64,000 nt of DNA, taken from NCBI GenBank assembly GCA_947453195.1, contig CANGFO010000004.1:69672-133671 (forward strand), in the 5' to 3' direction. The notes beneath the pieces were generated by a model. That model ran no database searches and was not told the DNA's origin. It saw nothing but the letters and a program-made list of their open reading frames with translations. The position numbers and the translations under genes are program-made. Of this stretch, positions 59,246-64,000 are shown piece by piece; the stretch's first letter is position 1, and each line of letters begins with the position of its first letter. This DNA is from Flavobacteriaceae bacterium. GTDB lineage: Bacteria > Bacteroidota > Bacteroidia > Flavobacteriales > Flavobacteriaceae.

Positions 59246-59482
59246 ATGCAGAATCATTTTGAACAAATAGAAATAAAACTTGTAAATAAGCTTTATAAAA
59301 TTTTCATCGAAAAGTATGATGGAAATAAATCAAAGTTTGCAAAAGCCTCAAAATGTTCCGAAACAACTGTAAGACGTGTTTTTAGTTCCAAACAAAGAAT
59401 GACTTTAGATTTATTTTTAAGATTTTGTTACGCATTAGAAATTAATGTACAACAAATATTTAATGATATTGAAAATGAATAG
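59246..59482 (+). CDS. XRE/Cro-C1-family HTH transcriptional regulator
   Basis: NKSKFAKASKCSETTVRRVF..MTLDLFLRFCYALEI. Confidence 0.85.
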   Translation: MQNHFEQIEIKLVNKLYKIFIEKYDGNKSKFAKASKCSETTVRRVFSSKQRMTLDLFLRFCYALEINVQQIFNDIENE

Positions 59483-59508
59483 AATATCTCTAAAATAAAT
59501 AAAACAAT

Positions 59509-59533
59509 AAAAGCCACTATAAATAGTGGCTTT
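59509..59533. terminator. Bidirectional terminator between the XRE gene and tRNA-Arg
   Basis: aaaagccactat-aa-atagtggcttt. Confidence 0.75.
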
Positions 59534-59539
59534 CGTATG

Positions 59540-59613
59540 TGATCCCAGAAGGATTCGAACCTTCGACCTACGCATTAGAAGTGCGTTGCTCTATCCAGCT
59601 GAGCTATGGAACC
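59540..59613 (-). tRNA. tRNA-Arg(TCT)
   Basis: GGTTCCA/TGGGATC acceptor stem, anticodon arm ACGCA-CTTCTAA-TGCGT, T loop GTTCGAATC; CCA not encoded. Confidence 0.96.
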
Positions 59614-59639
59614 CTTTGCTTAATTAATAAAACTCAAAA

Positions 59640-59818
59640 AAAGTAGACTTTCTTTAAAGTTCCTTGATTTATTTTGTCGGGGTGGCAGGGTTATTAAAAT
59701 GATCCTGTAGGGTTATGTTGCAAATTAAAGCTTCGCTTCAATTTAAAACAAACCTTAAACTTTAAATGAAAGTAAACTTTCTTTAAAGTTCCTCGCTTTA
59801 TTTTGTCGGGGTGGCAGG
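59640..59818 (+). repeat. 50-bp direct repeat (59640-59689 and 59769-59818) containing the last 13 nt of tRNA-Pro plus 37 nt of trailer
   Basis: 47/50 identity, 129-bp offset, 79-bp unique spacer. Confidence 0.9.
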
Positions 59819-59880
59819 ATTCGAACCTGCGGCCTCCTGCTCCCAAAGCAGGCGCGATAACCGGGCTACGCTACACCCCG
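59806..59880 (-). tRNA. tRNA-Pro(TGG)
   Basis: CGGGGTG/CACCCCG acceptor stem, anticodon arm CCTGC-TTTGGGA-GCAGG, GTTCGAATC. Confidence 0.96.
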
Positions 59881-59892
59881 AGGTGTAAAAAG

Positions 59893-59979
59893 CGGAGAGT
59901 AAGGGATTCGAACCCTTGGTACAGTTCCCCATACGCATGTTTAGCAAACATGTCCTTTCGGCCTCTCAGGCAACTCTCC
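59893..59979 (-). tRNA. tRNA-Ser(GCT)
   Basis: GGAGAGT/ACTCTCC acceptor stem, anticodon arm CATGT-TTGCTAA-ACATG, long variable arm; TACATTTG promoter element at 60022-60029. Confidence 0.96.
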
Positions 59980-60243
59980 AAAATCTTTATATTAATAAGA
60001 ACGTTTCTCTTTAAGCGGTTGCAAATGTAAGGTATCCTAATAATATTTACAACATTTTGTTTTACTTTTTTAATTATTAATTAATTCAAAGTATGAATTC
60101 CTTAAAAATCAAATATATAGAATCTACTATTTTAGCATCTAATAATTTATATCGATTATCTTTAACATAAAAACAGAATTTATTCAAAAAATAGTAAATT
60201 TGCAAAACAAACGGACAAATCCTAACATTAATACCACAAGATT

Positions 60244-61422
60244 ATGAATAAAAAAATAGTAATCGTTTCAGCAGTAAGAACTCCAATTGGAAGTTTTATG
60301 GGCGCTTTATCTTCTGTCCCTGCCCCACATCTTGGTGCAGCAGCTATTAAGGGAGCTTTACAAAAAATTAATTTAGATCCTAATCTAGTGGATGAAGTGT
60401 TTATGGGTAATGTAGTGCAAGCAGGTGTTGGACAAGCGCCAGCAAGACAAGCGGCACTGTTTGCTGGACTTTCAAATGAAGTAGTTTGTACCACAGTAAA
60501 TAAAGTGTGTGCTTCGGGAATGAAATCTATCATGATGGGAGCTCAGGCAATTATGACTGGCGATGCAGAAATAGTAGTTGCTGGTGGAATGGAGAACATG
60601 AGCAGTATTCCACATTATGTTCATATGAGAAACGGAGTAAAATTTGGCCCAACTACGATGATGGACGGAATGCAAAAAGACGGTTTAGTTGATGCTTACG
60701 ACAATAATGCCATGGGCGTTTCTGCCGATTTATGTGCGTCAGATTATAAAATATCACGTGAAGAACAAGATGCTTTCGCAATCGAATCGTATGAAAGATC
60801 AGCTAAAGCCTGGGAAGCAGGAAAATTTGATTCAGAAATTGTTCCTGTTGCGGTACCGCAAAGAAAAGGAGATCCAATATTAGTTACTAAAGATGAAGAA
60901 TTTACTAATGTAAAATTAGATAAAATACCTTCATTAAATGCCGTGTTCACTAAGGACGGAACGGTAACCGCCGCCAACGCTTCAACTATTAACGATGGAG
61001 CAGCTGCAGTAATTTTAATGAGTGAAGAAAAAGCTAAAGAAATGGGATTAACTCCCCTAGCCTATATAAAATCCTATGCAGATGCAGCACAAGAACCAAA
61101 ATGGTTCACTACTACTCCTGCAAAAGCAGTTAATAAAGCGTTAAGCAAAGCCAATTTAGAATTAAGCAATGTAGATTATTTCGAATTTAACGAAGCATTT
61201 GCAGTTGTTGGTTTGGCGAATGCCAAAATATTAGGATTGAACACAAGCAACATCAATGTAAATGGTGGTGCAGTTTCTTTAGGACATCCTCTTGGATGCT
61301 CTGGAGCAAGAATTGTGGTTACCTTATTGAATGTATTGAAACAAAATAATGCCAAAACCGGAGTTGCAGCAATTTGCAATGGCGGCGGCGGTGCATCGGC
61401 AATTATAATCGAAAACATCTAA
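60244..61422 (+). CDS. Acetyl-CoA C-acyltransferase (thiolase)
   Basis: NKVCASGM, NEAFA, GHPLGCSG and CNGGGG; TAAATTTG at 60195-60202. Confidence 0.96.
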   Translation: MNKKIVIVSAVRTPIGSFMGALSSVPAPHLGAAAIKGALQKINLDPNLVDEVFMGNVVQAGVGQAPARQAALFAGLSNEVVCTTVNKVCASGMKSIMMGAQAIMTGDAEIVVAGGMENMSSIPHYVHMRNGVKFGPTTMMDGMQKDGLVDAYDNNAMGVSADLCASDYKISREEQDAFAIESYERSAKAWEAGKFDSEIVPVAVPQRKGDPILVTKDEEFTNVKLDKIPSLNAVFTKDGTVTAANASTINDGAAAVILMSEEKAKEMGLTPLAYIKSYADAAQEPKWFTTTPAKAVNKALSKANLELSNVDYFEFNEAFAVVGLANAKILGLNTSNINVNGGAVSLGHPLGCSGARIVVTLLNVLKQNNAKTGVAAICNGGGGASAIIIENI

Positions 61423-61437
61423 TTAATTCCATTTTGA

Positions 61438-62199
61438 ATGTTTGGAATATGTAATTTATCAATAATCCCGTTACGAGCTGAAGCTAGTGATCGTAGTGAA
61501 ATTGTCTCTCAAGTATTGTTTGGGGAATATTTTGCTGTGCTAGAAAAAGACAGGCAATGGAGTAAGATTAAATTACACTATGATGGTTATGAAGGATGGG
61601 TAGACAGTAAGCAATACCAAGTCATTACCAAAGATAACTACGAATTACTAAGCAAACAAGAAATAGCACTGAACGCCGATTTAGTTGAATACATTTCAGT
61701 TTCTGATAATTCATTAATTCCGATTGCACTTGGTGCTTCTTTATCGTTTTTAGAACTTCCAGAAATAAATACTAAAAACTACCAATTTGAAGGATTAAAA
61801 GTTTCAGGGATTCAAGCTAAATCAAATATTATAGCTACCGCTTATTTGTATTTGAATGCTCCGTATTTATGGGGCGGAAAAACTCCTTTCGGGATTGACT
61901 GCTCAGGCTTTACGCAAATGGTATACAAGTTAAACGGCTACAAATTATTGCGTGATGCCTCACAGCAAGCTACTCAAGGTGAAGTATTGAGTTTTATTGA
62001 AGAAAGTGAGCCAGGCGATTTAGCATTTTTTGATAACGAAGAAGGAAACATCATTCACGTGGGAATAATGTTAGAAAACAACTACATCATTCATGCCAGC
62101 GGAAAAGTGCGTGTAGACCGATTGGATCACCTTGGGATTTATAATGCCGAAACCAACAGACACACCCACCGACTTCGAGTAATTAAAAAAATCATATAA
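61438..62199 (+). CDS. SH3 + NlpC/P60 (C40) peptidoglycan peptidase
   Basis: SQVLFGE..YEGWV SH3; PYLWGG, DCSGF, HVGI and IIHASG. Confidence 0.93.
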   Translation: MFGICNLSIIPLRAEASDRSEIVSQVLFGEYFAVLEKDRQWSKIKLHYDGYEGWVDSKQYQVITKDNYELLSKQEIALNADLVEYISVSDNSLIPIALGASLSFLELPEINTKNYQFEGLKVSGIQAKSNIIATAYLYLNAPYLWGGKTPFGIDCSGFTQMVYKLNGYKLLRDASQQATQGEVLSFIEESEPGDLAFFDNEEGNIIHVGIMLENNYIIHASGKVRVDRLDHLGIYNAETNRHTHRLRVIKKII

Positions 62200-62230
62200 A
62201 AAAACCGATGTTTGACATCGGTTTTTTTTT
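62198..62230. terminator. Bidirectional rho-independent terminator
   Basis: aaaaaaaccgatgt-ttg-acatcggtttttttt. Confidence 0.85.
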
Positions 62231-62240
62231 AATTACTAAA

Positions 62241-62708
62241 TTATTTTTTCTTTTTAGATTTAGATTTTCTTTTAGCCTTAGCTTTTTTATTAGCCTTTGC
62301 TTTATCCTTAGCTTTTTGTTTTTTAGCTTTTTCTCTTTTTTTAGCTTTTTGCTTTTTAAGTCTATCTTTTTCTTTTTGCTTTTCTTTTTTAACTTTAGCT
62401 TTCTTTTTTTCTTTTACTTTTTTAGCAATCTCTTTTTCAGATTTTTTCATTTTTGGTGTTTTTATATCTTCGATTAATTCTGATTCTAATACTGTTTCTA
62501 CAATAATTTCATTTGAAATTTCATATTGATTTTCTTCCGTTTGAATTTCAGTTACTACTGGATTAGCGACTCTAACTCTTGTTCTAGGTTTCGCAGGAGT
62601 TTTTGTAGGAGCAACTTCTTCAATAATTTGTGATTCAACATTTGCTGATACATCGATTTCAGTTGAATTGTTAATTTCTTCGTTAGTAGGTGTTGTTTTC
62701 TTTATCAT
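62241..62708 (-). CDS. Low-complexity protein with an acidic N-half and Lys-rich, histone-H1-like C-half
   Basis: 39 Lys in the last 73 residues (KAK/KKxK repeats). Confidence 0.7.
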   Translation of the reverse strand: MIKKTTPTNEEINNSTEIDVSANVESQIIEEVAPTKTPAKPRTRVRVANPVVTEIQTEENQYEISNEIIVETVLESELIEDIKTPKMKKSEKEIAKKVKEKKKAKVKKEKQKEKDRLKKQKAKKREKAKKQKAKDKAKANKKAKAKRKSKSKKKK

Positions 62709-62832
62709 TTATTTTGTTAATTTATAGTAAACTATATGTAAATTTATCGTTAACAAATGTAAAACAAAAAACAATACGCAAATGTTAAGTTTTAATTTTG
62801 AGTAAAAACTTAACATTGGAAAATAGTAAAAT

Positions 62833-62867
62833 AAAAAAAACTCCTAAATAATATTATTTAAGAGTTT
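62833..62867 (-). terminator. Probable terminator of the PiT gene
   Basis: Minus strand aaactcttaaata..tatttaggagtttttttt. Confidence 0.6.
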
Positions 62868-62892
62868 GTAATAGTTAACTTTCTTAACCAAA

Positions 62893-64000
62893 TTATTTTA
62901 TTAAAAAAGATAGTAAATAATAAATAATACTAGCCAATACAGCCGATACAGGAATTGTTAATATCCAAGCCCAAAGCAATTTAACAGTAACCCCCCATCT
63001 TACAGCTGAAACCCTTTTGGTAACACCTACCCCAATAATTGAACCAGTAATGGTATGTGTGGTAGAAACGGGTATTTTAAAATGCTCTGTTGTAAATAAA
63101 GTCAAGGCGCCTGCCGATTCGGCAACTACTCCTTCAAAGGCATTTACTTTCGTGATTTTGGACCCCATTGTTTTTACAATTTTCCATCCACCACTTAAAG
63201 TACCTGCTGCAATAGCCGAATAACAAGCTATTGGAATCCACTCTGGCATATTAGCTTTAATTCCTAAATCTTCATTTGGAAGAATCACATTAAGATCTAA
63301 CCATCCATTAGACATATTAAAATTAGGGTGTGTTCTTAAAAATACAGCAACAGCAGCTGCAATTATACCCATTACTTTTTGAGAGTCATTTCCTCCATGA
63401 CCTAAGCTGAATGCTGCAGAAGAAAGTAACTGCATTCTTTTTAATATTTTTTCTGCTTTGGCTGTTGAAACAAAACTAAAAGCTAAATTAAAAAATGCTA
63501 AACTGTAAAAAATTATTCCTACAAGCAACCATTTGATATTGCCCGCTTCACTGATAACTGCTAAAAAGTGATTTTCAAATCTTGGTTTTTCAATATCAAA
63601 TTTCATAACTAATATTAAAAACCAAAATACCAATCCCATTAACACTAATGTAAATAGCTTAGGCGTAATTAATTTCTTAGACGAATACATCATCCAAATT
63701 GAAATAAAGTACGAAATAATCATACCCAATAACGGAGCTAATACAATAAAAGCAATAACAATAGCAACTCCAGAAGGCAATCCACCATTCTCTCCTGGTT
63801 TATACCAATTCACAACATGAAATCCAGCATGTGCTATGGCTGCTCCTGCGAATCCACCAATTAAGGTATGAGAGGAAGAGGAAGGAATTCCTTTCCACCA
63901 AGTAATTAAATTCCAAATAATTGCAGCAATAATTCCAGCAAGAATAACTGTCAGATCGATATTTTCAGATTTTGCTGTTTTTGCTACGGTATCAGCAACT
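62893..64000 (-). CDS. Inorganic phosphate transporter (PiT family), 5' end outside the window
   Basis: The frame is open to the window end (VADTVAK..GIPSSSSHTLIGG); later FSLGHGGNDSQK and PVSTTH are PiT signatures. Confidence 0.93.
   Translation of the reverse strand, partial: VADTVAKTAKSENIDLTVILAGIIAAIIWNLITWWKGIPSSSSHTLIGGFAGAAIAHAGFHVVNWYKPGENGGLPSGVAIVIAFIVLAPLLGMIISYFISIWMMYSSKKLITPKLFTLVLMGLVFWFLILVMKFDIEKPRFENHFLAVISEAGNIKWLLVGIIFYSLAFFNLAFSFVSTAKAEKILKRMQLLSSAAFSLGHGGNDSQKVMGIIAAAVAVFLRTHPNFNMSNGWLDLNVILPNEDLGIKANMPEWIPIACYSAIAAGTLSGGWKIVKTMGSKITKVNAFEGVVAESAGALTLFTTEHFKIPVSTTHTITGSIIGVGVTKRVSAVRWGVTVKLLWAWILTIPVSAVLASIIYYLLSFLIK

Noticed and set aside
55957-59539. A prophage or integrative island at tRNA-Arg
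   Set aside because: No integrase, phage structural genes or second copy of the tRNA-Arg 3' end were seen; the region only looks variable.

Overview
AT-rich Bacteroidota chromosomal window. The gene content and the recurring TAnnTTTG -7 promoters point to Flavobacterium or a close relative. Most of it is housekeeping: a split CCG Fe-S oxidoreductase/HAD/GH3-beta-lactamase/bshA run, aroC, a DAACS symporter, an SF2 helicase, MscS, OmpA, a thioredoxin-apbE-DUF4266-DUF3570-two-component operon, fabG, sucD, the lpxD-lpxC/fabZ-lpxA-efp-lpxD2 operon, HMG-CoA synthase, thiolase, NlpC/P60, PiT and three tRNAs (Ser-GCT, Pro-TGG, Arg-TCT). I found no rRNA, CRISPR array, intact IS or prophage. The most interesting region is a ~15 kb short-chain carboxylate (acetate/propionate) locus at 11670-26863. 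It contains an IS1 InsA-like Zn-ribbon/HTH gene with no transposase partner, a DcaP-like porin, an MFS transporter with a ~160-aa insert, a CrbS-like SLC5-STAC histidine kinase, an output-less receiver protein, two acyl-CoA synthetases, and a CBS/DUF294 nucleotidyltransferase paired with a degenerate exonuclease. Three promoters in this locus share an upstream box at identical spacing from a TAnnTTTA element, and an inverted copy overlaps the InsA-like gene's own promoter. My inference is a transposon-derived transcription factor running an acetate regulon. Secondary observations are a 257-codon gene broken by one TAG and coupled to a Cas2/VapD-like small ORF, an XRE gene with a perfect 16-bp C-box-like palindrome, and a 50-bp duplication of the tRNA-Pro 3' end. 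Family names come from motif recognition and memory; no database searches were run.
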